DNA of 64,000 nucleotides from Octopus bimaculoides (lineage: Eukaryota). Made by a program: the position numbers and the translations under genes. How positions within the stretch are numbered: position 1 is the stretch's first letter; each line of letters opens with the position of its first letter. The notes beneath the pieces are model-generated. The model was not told the DNA's origin. It did no database searches and saw nothing but the letters and a program-made list of their open reading frames with translations. Shown in pieces: positions 12,504 through 25,186 of the stretch. The stretch is taken from contig NC_069002.1 of NCBI RefSeq assembly GCF_001194135.2, positions 3,773,026 to 3,837,025 of the forward strand, in the 5' to 3' direction.

Positions 12504-15500
12504 TACAATCAGTTCATTATTCTCAGTTTAACCTTTCGCATTAGTAAATTCAGATAAAATATTACGAGGGGAGGGGGAAAAATGGTTCTTTGCAAACATC
12601 CTGAGAAGAATGATAATAAAACAATAAATCAACCAGAGCCACGCCCTTCACAAAACCTGCACAATATCTTCCTAAAATAATTCTAAACATTTTACAGTTA
12701 AATGTTAGCTATCTTCATTCTCTAATTAATCACTGTTCATAACACACACACACAATTAATTCTTTAATTATTGACATGTTTCTAGAAATTCTTCTTCATT
12801 TTGGCTATTTTTTATTTTTCTAGATATTTTGTATTTGAACACACCAAAAAAAAAAAAAGTTGCAGAATGGAATTAAATCCAGCATTTACACCACAAATAT
12901 TAGTATTTCGTGTTTTACAATATATTATTATTGTTTTATAATACATTTCTTCCAAATATTTACACAAATATTAGAATATATCCTTAATTTTTAGATTTTA
13001 CAGGGAGCATAAGATAGATGACTATCATTTCCTATTAAAAAAAGAAAGAAAAAGGAGGGTGTGTGTGTGTGTGCAATATCTGCAGAAGTGCTGTGACTAC
13101 AAAACATTTTATAACAAACAAGACATAGAATAAAAATATAAGTGAAATACAAAAGAATTGTTTTCAATGCAAGTCATGATCNNNNNNNNNNNNNNNNNNN
13201 NNNNNNNNNNNNNNNNNNNNNNNNNNNNNNNNNNNNNNNNNNNNNNNNNNNNNNNNNNNNNNNNNNNNNNNNNNNNNNNNNNNNNNNNNNNNNNNNNNNN
13301 NNNNNNNNNNNNNNNNNNNNNNNNNNNNNNNNNNNNNNNNNNNNNNNNNNNNNNNNNNNNNNNNNNNNNNNNNNNNNNNNNNNNNNNNNNNNNNNNNNNN
13401 NNNNNNNNNNNNNNNNNNNNNNNNNNNNNNNNNNNNNNNNNNNNNNNNNNNNNNNNNNNNNNNNNNNNNNNNNNNNNNNNNNNNNNNNNNNNNNNNNNNN
13501 NNNNNNNNNNNNNNNNNNNNNNNNNNNNNNNNNNNNNNNNNNNNNNNNNNNNNNNNNNNNNNNNNNNNNNNNNNNNNNNNNNNNNNNNNNNNNNNNNNNN
13601 NNNNNNNNNNNNNNNNNNNNNNNNNNNNNNNNNNNNNNNNNNNNNNNNNNNNNNNNNNNNNNNNNNNNNNNNNNNNNNNNNNNNNNNNNNNNNNNNNNNN
13701 NNNNNNNNNNNNNNNNNNNNNNNNNNNNNNNNNNNNNNNNNNNNNNNNNNNNNNNNNNNNNNNNNNNNNNNNNNNNNNNNNNNNNNNNNNNNNNNNNNNN
13801 NNNNNNNNNNNNNNNNNNNNNNNNNNNNNNNNNNNNNNNNNNNNNNNNNNNNNNNNNNNNNNNNNNNNNTTCAAGAGTTCAACAAAAACAGTTTCCAGGG
13901 TTTCATGGAGCTGTAAGAATGGTCAAATACAAAAAAAAAGAAACATTTAACAAATTACAATTTTTGAAGAACTATTTAAAAAAAGACACTTTATAAAAAA
14001 AAAATGTTGACTCCAATATGCATTGGTGTGCGACTTTGGCACATTACATGAGTTTTGAGGGTGGTTTCGATAAAACTAATTTCACTGTTACATTTCTTGT
14101 AATTTTTGTTTTTCACACCAAAATCAAAACCTTAGAACAGGTGATTTATTTTTCATATTTTACTTGTCACTAGACAGTGACCATGCCAGGGCACTGCCTT
14201 GAAGGGTTTAGTCGAATAAATTCATCTTAGTACTTGGTTTTTAAGCCTGGTACTCATTCTGTTGGTCTCTTTTGCCAAACCACTAAGTTAAACGGGTGAA
14301 CCTGGAACCTTGTAGTTGGGAAGCAAAACAACTTACCACACAACCATCGTTTGAGAAAATGCAGGGGGAGATAAACTATAGCCATTTACTTAACATTATC
14401 TCCCTTTATTACCACGAGTTTTTGTTTTGTTTTTTTTGAAGGTGCAATGTCAATTTTTTGCGATTGAATAGACAATATGTTTCTCAATGAATTCCTCGAG
14501 AGGGGATAAAAGCCCATATCAGCCACTGCAGGAAATAGACTCAGAACACAGAGACACTCAACTAGACTTTCTTAACAAATATCTAGAATAACAAATTGAA
14601 ACAGTGCAATCCTGAAGCCCTGTTCCATATGGTCTGTCATGGCAAACAGTCCTGCTTCGGCATTAAAACTTCATTTCCTCCAAAACTAATTCGTTCCACT
14701 TTGAGCTTTATACAGAACCATTATGAAGTTGTCGTTTAAACTCCGCCCAGTTCTAATCAATCAAACCTATGACCAAAAGCGTTCCTACCATGGCCATCTC
14801 ACCTATATTTTCATTCGTACTTTTAGTCAATGCATTCTTTTCGTTAAGACAGCAGATGAGATCTGTTTAAACCCAGCTCAATCGAAGCGATCGAACTCAT
14901 GATCAAAAGCATTCCTGTCGTGACCATCTAGCTTGTATTTTAATACACAGTGTATTTAGGAGTGTTTTTATCAATTCATTCCTTCAAGACAGTAGGGTGT
15001 GATTGGGGGAGGGAATTAGGCTGTTATTTTAAGCAAATCTTGAACCTGTGTAAGAGGTTTCTTACATACACAATGTAGCTTTGGAAAATAACAGATTTGA
15101 ACCTAGTCTCTAGTAAATTGTTATGAGAAAAGAATTCAATGCTGCAAAAAGCTTGAAATATGGGCAAACAATATTTCAACACTGATGTAATATTAACTCT
15201 AAAGCCACATCAGTAGTGGTGGGTTGACATGGAAACGTATGAATGATTTCATTTAGTCTACTCGTTACATAATTGTATTTTCTAGCTTTTAGACACACCT
15301 GTCTTTACAATATCTGCGGGGCTTAAGGGTGAAAGGGTCTTGAAACACCATTAAAGGTCGACAGGATATAAAAAGAAGAGATGAAAATGCATTAAATCAT
15401 ACATATAAAACAAGAATTCCTGCTGTGAACAAATTTTTAGAAAGTTAAATTGATGAATTACAATGATTGAAAAGCATCAGCCATTTTATAAAGTTTGTTA

Positions 15501-15766
15501 AAAAGTACAAAAATAAAATGTAAAAACAAAAACAACATTAAAAAAAGGATTAGAATCAAAGAATTCAAAGCATTTGTCCAAGTTGTTATTTATTAGCTGC
15601 GGTAAACATTCCAAAATACACATCACATGGTAGTTTGTTTTTTTCAACATTTGAGACAGAAATATGTTAGAAATAAAACAAAATACAGGGGTTGGTTAGT
15701 AGGTTTTTATGAAATAAAGGAATCTTTAGAATGGTGACAATTACAAATAAACTTTGATTTATTTTC

Positions 15767-16085
15767 TTACGCGGCATGTGTAAGGACATTCGAGCAAGAT
15801 CGTTGCCAGTGCCCCTGGACTGGCTCCTGTGCAGGTGACACATAAAATACACCATTTTGAGCGTGGCCGTTGCCAATACTGCCTGACTGGCCTTCGTGCC
15901 AGTGGCACGTAAAAGCACCCACTACACTCTCGGAGTGGTTGGTGTTAGGAAAGGCATCCAGCCGTAGAAACTCTGCCAAATCAGATTGGAGCCTGGTGCA
16001 GCCATCTGGTTTCACCAGTTCTCAGTCAAATCGTCCAACCCATGCTAACATGGAAAGCAGACGTTAAACAATAATGATGATGATA
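15767..16085 (+). mobile_element. Repeat family C (RTE 3'-UTR-related SINE/LINE tail with ggttggcgttaggaagggcatccagc core ending in (GAT)n), representative copy
   Basis: Copies at about 8870-9100(-), 9740-9930(+), 16350-16560(-), 22256-22370(-), 27895-28142(+), 29725-29890(-), 31290-31455(-), 35310-35416(-), 40380-40570(+), 41510-41750(-), 42690-42905(+), 55095-55495(+). At 39850-40140 related sequence directly follows an RTE ORF end. Confidence 0.75.
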
Positions 16086-16101
16086 TATATATATCTATAT
16101 A

Positions 16102-16153
<52 letters not shown>

Positions 16154-16554
16154 CACATAGACAGAAACATAATACTTGATTATGTTATAACACAGATATT
16201 TTACTACTAATATACATACAATCATAAGCCATAGAATAAGAAATATTACAACAGCCATTTGGTTTGTTTGTTCATGAACGTTTATTCATAACTACTGACA
16301 TAATTGTAGTCTCCAGCTTTATTAAATCCAATTCATCCTTATCATTTAATGTCTACTTTTCAATGCTTGCATGGAGCAAATAGAATTTGTTGACAGATTT
16401 TCTACAGCTGAATGCCCTTCCTGTTACGAACCCATATCTTGTTCTAAGCATGGTAATATTTCCCTCATAACTGGACATGGTTATCATGGAAAACACCACC
16501 GCTTGTATAACACTGATGCTCATTTACAACCACCACATGACGTCAAGACAAAAG

Positions 16555-16590
<36 letters not shown>

Positions 16591-17034
16591 GTGTACAATG
16601 TGTGCATATATATATTTTTTTTACCAGTGTATATTGTGAAGCAATGCAAACATTGTCAAGAAAAACTGATAAACAGATGTTTTGGAACAGAAACACCCTG
16701 AGTCGTCGTATTCTACTCAAGTTGCACAGATTCTTCTCGATTATTCTCATCCAAAGAAACACAGCAAACCAGAAACTAGAACTAATGAAGCTAATCTAAA
16801 CAAAATGCGATAAAAAAACGTACAAACCAAAAATAGTTATGAGTGAGACGGAGAGTATCATACAAAAGAAATAGTATTCATTTTTTTTTTTGTACATAAA
16901 GGACCTGATCAACTTTTTGCACTTCCTTTTACCAGCTAGTATCCTGCTATTAAGAGCAATACTTATTTTATATTATTTACATTATTTACACAATTTACAT
17001 TTGATGGATATTTGTCCTCATCTTGTTTGTTGTT

Positions 17035-17077
17035 AACACGTTTCACCTGATATACCCTCCAGCCTTCATCAGGTGTC
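17035..17077 (-). ncRNA. Degenerate minimal type-I hammerhead ribozyme motif in PLE pseudo-LTR
   Basis: GACAC CTGATGA A GGCTG-gagggtatat-CAGGT GAAAC GTGTT. Both core boxes, stem I (GACAC/GTGTT) and an imperfect stem II are present. The NUH triplet is missing in this copy. Confidence 0.55.
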
Positions 17078-17135
17078 TTGGGGAAATTTCAAACCTGGGT
17101 TCTCATTCCTAAGGTATTTTTCGATGTTGTTGTTG

Positions 17136-17176
<41 letters not shown>

Positions 17177-17182
17177 ATTCAG

Positions 17183-17254
17183 GTCACTGCCTGGAATCGA
17201 ACTCGGAATCTTGGGGTAAGTAGCCTCTGCTCTTAACCACTGCACCACATGCCT
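17183..17254 (-). promoter_or_regulatory. tRNA-derived Pol III promoter-like segment within the PLE 3' region
   Basis: A-box-like TGGTGCAGTGG, anticodon-arm-like GAGGCTACTTACCCC, B-box GAGTTCGATTC. No proper acceptor stem, so not a tRNA gene. Confidence 0.6.
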
Positions 17255-20200
17255 GTGGGCAATTTTGGAGTGAATTTTAGGGCTTATAAATCTAATTTTC
17301 TCCTATCCTTCCTTAATACCGGTTCCCATATGCTACTCATATCTGAACTCGATCTGCTTAGGAGGTTATTGTGTCCTAGCATATGTTCTGCTTCTTTTAG
17401 TTTTCGTATTTTCCAGTGGTGTTCTCTGTCAATGATTTTAACTTCATCCCACAGGGGGAGGTGGTCTCCATTTTTTGGGGGGTTAGTTGTTGCTTAACAG
17501 ATCGTTATTGAGCTTGATCATTTCTTCGTGGTGTGTATCACAATTGCTACTTGTATTCTTTACATATCCATCGAATCTAAATAGTGTAAATAATGTACAT
17601 AATTCCTCATCTCTTAAATATAGAACTGTAATACTTATTTTATTGACCCCCACCCCTAAGGAGAGGATATGCAGGATGAAAAGCAAAGCCAACTTTGGTG
17701 GGGTTTCAATATATAAAAAAGGGACAAAGCAACTGAAACACTACAAGGCATAATAATCTGTAATAGTTTTCTGTTACAGTCTACAAAACACTTGAACAAC
17801 AGGACAAAATTGAAAGGCACAATCTATTATACAAATGACATATATTATTCATAAGACTGGTAAACTATGGAATGAAATTGAAGACATAATCTACTGGAGA
17901 CATAATATTTATTCATAAAATAATTGATAAAGTAAGGAAGGTAATTGAAGACATAATCTAGTGTACATACAATATTTATATAATTTTATTTAAGAGACAA
18001 ATGTCAGGGAAATGAATATTTTAAATTAATTGTGATGTCTTTTTCCTTTTTTTAAAAATCTTTTTACTTGTTTCAATATTTGTACTACAGTTATGCTGCA
18101 GTACTGCCTTGAAATGTCTAGTTGGGACAAATCGACCACAGAGCCTATATTTTTCAGCTTTGTACTTATTCTATCAGTCACTTTTGTTGAACCACTAAGT
18201 TACAGGGACATAAATTAATGCTGATTGTCAAGTGGTATGTTGGGGACAAACACAAGGACACACATATACAACAGGCTTCTTTCAGTTTCCATCTACCAAA
18301 TCCACTCACAAGGCTTTGGTCAGCCTGAAGATACAGTAGCAGACACTTGCCCAAGGTTCCACGGCGTGGGACTGAACCCAGAACTATGTGTTTGGCAAAC
18401 TTCTTATAACGCAGCCATGTCTAGCTTCTTTTTCTTTTTTTTTTAGAATCAACACTGAGATATATATTGTACTTGAATCTAAGGGCCAAAGGTTCAAGTC
18501 CAGCCCTATGTACATTTCTCTGATATGAAACTAAGGTTGTAGTAAAGTGTTTTAAGATTTAGTTTAAGCTTTGCCAAAATAATAATATAATGTCTTCAAT
18601 TTTCTTCCATACTTAAGCTGATTCAAAGCATTTGCTTTATACATATTCTTTCAACAACCTTTAATATTGATAACAGAGTCACAATGGGAAAGTGGAGAGA
18701 AATGAAACAATATTTTCTCTGCAGCATGTTCACATCCTGCCATAAAAAATATAGATAACAATACTATAGCAAAATATAATAGATAACAATGGAATAAAGA
18801 AGTGACAAGTGCATAACAAAGAATATGGTTTTCAAAGATGCTCCCTCCTAAAACTACACATTCGGTACCACCTCTGTGGACTTGACACAGTTTCAAGAAC
18901 CGAAAGGCTTCAGTAAAAAAAAAAAAAAAAAAGATTTGAAAAAGAAATCATGTATTTCACTGTTCTCTATAAACTTTGAACAATCATACAGTTTTTCCAA
19001 ACAACCGCAGAATTTCCACCGGTAATGCTAGAACTAACAATTACTCAATAATTGCAGGAAGCAAACAAGAACAAATATGTCAAATAGTTCTTTTGAAAAA
19101 TTAAATAACATTAGAAGAGGGTTTTTTTTTTTTTTTGTTTCTTTCACTAGTTTCATTCACTCAGCATTTTGGCCATGCTGGGGCACAACTTTCAAGGGTT
19201 TAACCCAGTACATAGTCAGGCACTCGTTTTATTATTCTTTATTTTAGCAAATGGCTGAGTTTACATCAAGTTACAAGTTTTTAAGGAGTTATCTCCACTT
19301 CAGGAGCAAATACCACAAGGAACTCACACCAACTGACACAAGCGCACACAAATAATAGTATATATACACACACACACACACACACACATACACTCACACA
19401 GAGCATAGGAATGCATGCATGACTGTGTGGTCAAGAAGTTAATTCTTCAACTGCATGGGTTCAGGTTCAATCCCACAGCGCAGCACCTTGGGCAAGTGTT
19501 TTATATCAAAATCCACTGCTTCGGTTGAATTTGGTAGATGGAATCTGTAAGGAGCTTGTCCTATGCATGTGAATGTGTTCGTATGTATGTATGTATGAAC
19601 ATGTCTATCCTCATCAATGTTTGAACAAAACGGTACTATGGTTTCCATTCCTTATTAATATTACATCCAGTCGGTCTGCACTTTCTAAAACCTGTGGAAC
19701 AGAAAATCACCAACTTTGAGAGAATCAGGTGAGGGCTGGTAACAGGAAGAACATCCATTGTCTTCCACACAATTTCCATCTACCAAATTCCTCTTATATC
19801 GTGTTGGTCAACATGAGCCAATGATAGAAGAATCTATCCCAAAGGCACCATTTGGTGCTATGGAACCTAGAACATGATTAAAATGTAAACTTTACAGCAC
19901 ATTTATAATTGTGCTCAATTATGATTAAAACCATTACAAATTAAAAATACTAACACTGAAAGTATATTGATGTTTGTAGTGAAGAATACAGAGTTTTGTG
20001 CCATCTTGACCCTTTAGTATTGAAGTTGACCAGATCCAGCCCAAATATTTTAACTGCTTTATGCTCAAACAGACCAGATACATCCTCTCACACCTATCCT
20101 ACACTAACAATGTCATTCTAAAAATAAACAATTGTGTCACTGAAATCTTGAAGCTATGTGATAATGCGTGATTAATTCAAAGCAATGTGAATGAATAAGC

Positions 20201-20647
20201 AATACATTTCACAGAGGACTCTGAACGTTGTAGGGTTAGATACAAATGGGAAGTAAAAATAGATAAAACTGCACTGTTGTGGTGCTGTTATAATAACAAG
20301 AAATATAAATAACAGAAGAGGGAAAAAAAATATTTAGAGCGACAGCAGTGAAATTAATTTGGAAGGGATAATTATTGTATAGATTATTTGTAAAATCCTC
20401 TAAGACATTGGAAGATGGCCTGCAAAATGGACTTAGCCAGTAATGATTGCTTGTAAAGAAGTAACCAGAAATAAAGTAAACAGGTCAGATGACTTCTTTT
20501 CTAAGTCATGTTGACATAGACGAATTGTTAAATTGAGAACTGAAGAATGTTTGTTGATATGACGATGAGATTAAAGATGAGTGGGGAGTAAAGAAAACTA
20601 ATATTAATTAATATGTATGTGCATGTGTGGCAGTCTCTTATAGAAGG

Positions 20648-20679
<32 letters not shown>

Positions 20680-20832
20680 GTTTCATCTTCCATGGATAGA
20701 TAACAGAAAATCATTAATGATCCAAGGATTAAAGAAAACCATTCACACAAGGAAAGGCTGAATACATTTGAATGTAAAATAGAACATTTATTAATTGCAG
20801 AGTATCCAACAATTGTATGAAAGTTTTAAAGC

Positions 20833-20904
20833 TGGTAAGCCAGAGCTTAACAATCTCTTTTGAGAGATTGGTAAGCCAGAGCTTAACAATCTCTTTTGAG
20901 AGAT
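20833..20904. repeat. Exact 36-bp tandem duplication
   Basis: tggtaagccagagcttaacaatctcttttgagagat x2. Confidence 0.9.
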
Positions 20905-21241
20905 TTAGGAAATATTACTATGCCCTGACAATCCACAGATACTCTGTATTATATATATAGATCTATATATAGAGAGAGAGATCTATATATGTGTGTATGT
21001 ATGTGTGTGTATATATATAGATATATATAAATGCATGCTCTATAATGCCAAAAAACTATTAAACTTAAGGAAATAATAACAGATCAGTTAAATGTTTTGT
21101 GTGTGTGATTCTTAATTGTTAAAAAATAGTTGGCAAACATTTTAATCAAAAAATATATATATTATCAGGAAAAAATCAAATGAATTAGCAATCGTATATA
21201 ATTTGCCATTCCAAAATGGTATTTTGATGCTGCAAAGGTTT

Positions 21242-21286
<45 letters not shown>

Positions 21287-22219
21287 CAAAAGTTAATAAT
21301 AAGAAGGTAAAAAAAAAAACATTACATATTCATTTAACAAATTTAAAAGACAATACAGTAATAAGGTGTGACCATTTATTTATTATTAAATATTTGTATA
21401 ATGTGTGATCAACTACCTGCACTGGTAGAAATGGAAGACTGGAATTGAGTTTCAGAATATTTTGTAATCATATCTTGGGAATAACTGAGAAAATAAAATT
21501 ATTTTACGAGCTAAATCAGATACATATCTTCTTCTGAGGCTGTGAAGGACACATACACACACAATTATACACAGGTACACATATGTTCTGTATTGCAGTC
21601 ACTCAATAGATGTACAAACAATTAGGTTCAACTAAACAGAAATTTTAATTGCCACAATAGTACAATAAATTTCTTAATACTTCCATAGGGAGAAAACTAT
21701 TTGTTAATCTGTAAATACAGTTTCAGTCAAAATAATTTTGATTTTAAAATTAGTTTGTACAAGAAGCTGTAAAAAGTGAACAAAATTTTATTTAAGCTCA
21801 ACAAAAAAATGCTGATTTTTTTTTTTTTTTTAAGGTGACAAAACATTTACAGAACAGTGTTGATTGAAGCAACATTTTGTTTTAAACATTTTCAGTGATT
21901 ATTATTATTATTATTATTATTTCTTGTTTCTTCTTACCACTATAACATGGCTAGATAGTTTAGCATGAATTGTGGGGGTAGGTGTTTTATTTGATTCACC
22001 TTCCATTTACTCAAATGCAGTTGTTCTCTGCTACATTATTGCCCTATATGAATTACAGCAGAGACCTCCCATATAAAACAGAGTTTTGATAAGGATACCG
22101 GTGTCTGTGGAATACTCAACCACTTACACATTAATGAGTGGGATTAAAACAACTGAATGTTCCTTATCAAAACCAAGAGAAGACAGATCCATTAAATTGT
22201 TCATTGGATACTCAGTAAG

Positions 22220-22257
<38 letters not shown>

Positions 22258-24418
22258 CATCATCATCATCATCATCATCGTTTAACGTCCGCTTTCCATG
22301 CTAGCATGGGTTGGACGATTTGACTGAGGACTGGTGAAACCGGATGGCAACACCAGGCTCCAATCTAATTNNNNNNNNNNNNNNNNNNNNNNNNNNNNNN
22401 NNNNNNNNNNNNNNNNNNNNNNNNNNNNNNNNNNNNNNNNNNNNNNNNNNNNNNNNNNNNNNNNNNNNNNNNNNNNNNNNNNNNNNNNNNNNNNNNNNNN
22501 NNNNNNNNNNNNNNNNNNNNNNNNNNNNNNNNNNNNNNNNNNNNNNNNNNNNNNNNNNNNNNNNNNNNNNNNNNNNNNNNNNNNNNNNNNNNNNNNNNNN
22601 NNNNNNNNNNNNNNNNNNNNNNNNNNNNNNNNNNNNNNNNNNNNNNNNNNNNNNNNNNNNNNNNNNNNNNNNNNNNNNNNNNNNNNNNNNNNNNATATAT
22701 ATATATATATATATATATAGTGAAGTATATTTGCCATTTAAATGTGGCTGACCCCTATACTTTTATTTATTTCAGTCATTTGACTGCAGCCATGCTGGAG
22801 CCATGCTGGAGCACTGCCTTTAGTCGAACAAATCGACTCCAGGACTTATTCTTTGTAAGCCTGGTACTTATTCTATCGCTCTCTTTTATATATATATTAT
22901 AAGTAATGCTTAGGGTATAGATGCATTCATTAAGATGGCACACTTTCTACTATTTCGATGCCTCAAGTCTCAAACCATACAAGGAACTAAATAGCAGTAA
23001 TATACTGGGGTCCAGTTGGATCTCTTTATTCCATTTCCGCCTTCTCAGAAGCCATTTCTATGATTCTCAGTTGAAATGGTTTGACATAGAGCTAATGTTT
23101 AAAAGAAAAGACATACTAGATACACCATCAACTACTACTCTCCTGAAATGAATAAAACCCCCAATGATGTTGAAATCAAAGAGATCGTTATGTACACATT
23201 TCATTCATTCCTAATTAATCTATTCAGCACCTCAGCTTCTCTCCCCATCACCTTATTTCTGCTTCTGTTCATGGTTGAAATAAAGGTGGGAGGAGGAGAT
23301 GTGCGAGTTTGCCATAATAAAAGTGTCCACTGCAGGCATTACTCAGAGAAATTATGAGGAAAAAATAAAATAATTTAACAGGCCCTTAATAGGATATTTG
23401 GCCCTTAATAGGATGGGATATTGGTTAATGCTTTGCCCTTGATATTTCTCATCAAGTAATTTATACCTCATGATGATGAAGATGTGATTGTTTATGATAA
23501 CTCAGTACACCTGTACCAGATGGTTGTAGACCATTTCTACGGTTGACTGCCTGATTCTTACTACTACGAATTACTCAGCTGTGTAGTTAGCGAACCGTTT
23601 GTGCCCTAACTACCAGGGCACACTCATCTATGAAACAGGGGACTGTTGGATACATCTGTAGATCACTCATAATGTGAAGTAGCAGTTTGTTTGACTCTGT
23701 CTGCTGTGGTAGACCTAATTGTGAAATAGGAGACTGCCTGATCCCCTTACTTCCATTTGTGAAATAGGGTTATCTGACCCTTATTGAAGAACGTCCAGAC
23801 AAATAAGTTTATGATGTGACTTGATCAGTGACACGACACCATGGCTGGGGTAATTGTAGCAATGAAATTAATAGTCCACTATTATAACCTCATAACCATT
23901 GTGTTTCAGTGTTGGCCTTATTAATTTACAGTTGTTAATTATCTGAATTTAACAATTTTTCTGTCAGCCTTCCTTTCTTTTTTTTTTTTTTTTTTTTTTT
24001 TTTTTGTTTGGTTCTGTGAGAAACATTAGAAAGAACATGGAGGAATTTAAGCAAGGATGGTTCCAGAGTCTGTTTTAACAAGTTCTCCTTTCTGTCACAG
24101 AGAACGGTGTATGAGGTGTTAAAGACCAACAATCTTAATTAGTTTGTAGTTACATGTACTTAGTTGAACATCATTAAGTTTAATAATTAGTAGGAGGAAG
24201 AGAGGAGGGGGAAAGACAAAAGCAGCAAAAAAAAAAATATTCTGTTAATTTTGTTAATGAGTTGTTTAAGATTGTGAAACACTGGGTGAAGTGGAAGTGG
24301 TAACTGGGATAACAAACAGGGTCGAGTTAGTGAAGTTAGTGTACTTGAAACACAGAAAGTACCCAGACTGATGCAGTTATATAGAGCAAGTATGTATGTA
24401 TGTACATGTGGTGTTTTA

Positions 24419-24459
<41 letters not shown>

Positions 24460-24718
24460 GAGAGAGCAAGCATAAGAAAGGAAGAAACAGATAGCAAGCA
24501 GGAGGACAAGGGAAAATTTTAAAAAATTAAAAAACAGCATTTAGATAAAAGATTTATCATTATATATTTTTTCCACTTTTATCTTTTTTTTTTTGTTTTG
24601 TTTTGTTTTTTTAACAAACCAAACATTAACAAAAAAAAATTAAAACAAAAACAAAAAAATAATAGTAATAATGTTCCGTCAGCAAAAACACGTCAGTATT
24701 TCAAAGTTTTCAAATGCT

Positions 24719-25103
24719 NNNNNNNNNNNNNNNNNNNNNNNNNNNNNNNNNNNNNNNNNNNNNNNNNNNNNNNNNNNNNNNNNNNNNNNNNNNNNNNNNN
24801 NNNNNNNNNNNNNNNNNNNNNNNNNNNNNNNNNNNNNNNNNNNNNNNNNNNNNNNNNNNNNNNNNNNNNNNNNNNNNNNNNNNNNNNNNNNNNNNNNNNN
24901 NNNNNNNNNNNNNNNNNNNNNNNNNNNNNNNNNNNNNNNNNNNNNNNNNNNNNNNNNNNNNNNNNNNNNNNNNNNNNNNNNNNNNNNNNNNNNNNNNNNN
25001 NNNNNNNNNNNNNNNNNNNNNNNNNNNNNNNNNNNNNNNNNNNNNNNNNNNNNNNNNNNNNNNNNNNNNNNNNNNNNNNNNNNNNNNNNNNNNNNNNNNN
25101 NNN
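24719..25103. other. Assembly gap overlapping the TAB2 terminal coding exon
   Basis: 385 N bases begin 15 nt after the exon acceptor. Confidence 0.95.
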
Positions 25104-25118
25104 GAGGAGGGGGAGTCA
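25104..25118 (-). CDS. TAB2: TAB2/TAB3 orthologue, start of probable last coding exon (runs into N-gap 24719-25103; NZF finger expected inside)
   Basis: Strong acceptor tctattttctgttgcag| in phase 1 gives L-T-P-P-P, like the Pro-rich linker (GPVPPKP) before the TAB2 NZF. Remainder not sequenced. Confidence 0.72.
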
Positions 25119-25134
25119 CTGCAACAGAAAATAG

Positions 25135-25186
<52 letters not shown>

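Larger units (their letters stand above)
16962..17620 (-). mobile_element. Internally deleted Penelope-like element (GIY-YIG C-terminus plus pseudo-LTR, inverted terminal segment)
   Basis: Minus frame 17478-17284 reads KNGDHLPLWDEVKIIDREHHWKIRKLKEAEHMLGHNNLL...DL*, a typical PLE GIY-YIG tail. Upstream EEMIKLNNDLLSNN*P resembles the PLE L..N.YP motif. About 40-bp inverted copies of the tail lie at 16965-17010 and 17563-17600. Confidence 0.8.

Noticed and set aside
17183-17254. Possible tRNA-Ser gene
   Set aside because: Acceptor stem does not pair and it is embedded in a retroelement; kept only as a tRNA-derived promoter.
21417-21484. Minus-strand AG...GT-bounded 68-nt open segment (YSQDMITKYSETQFQSSISTSA)
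   Set aside because: Phase 2 start does not join any TAB2 exon, no homology, no partner exons.
21937-22008. Minus-strand MEGESNKTPTPTIHAKLSSHVIV followed by gtaaga
   Set aside because: No promoter context and the next candidate exon gives a stop in that phase.
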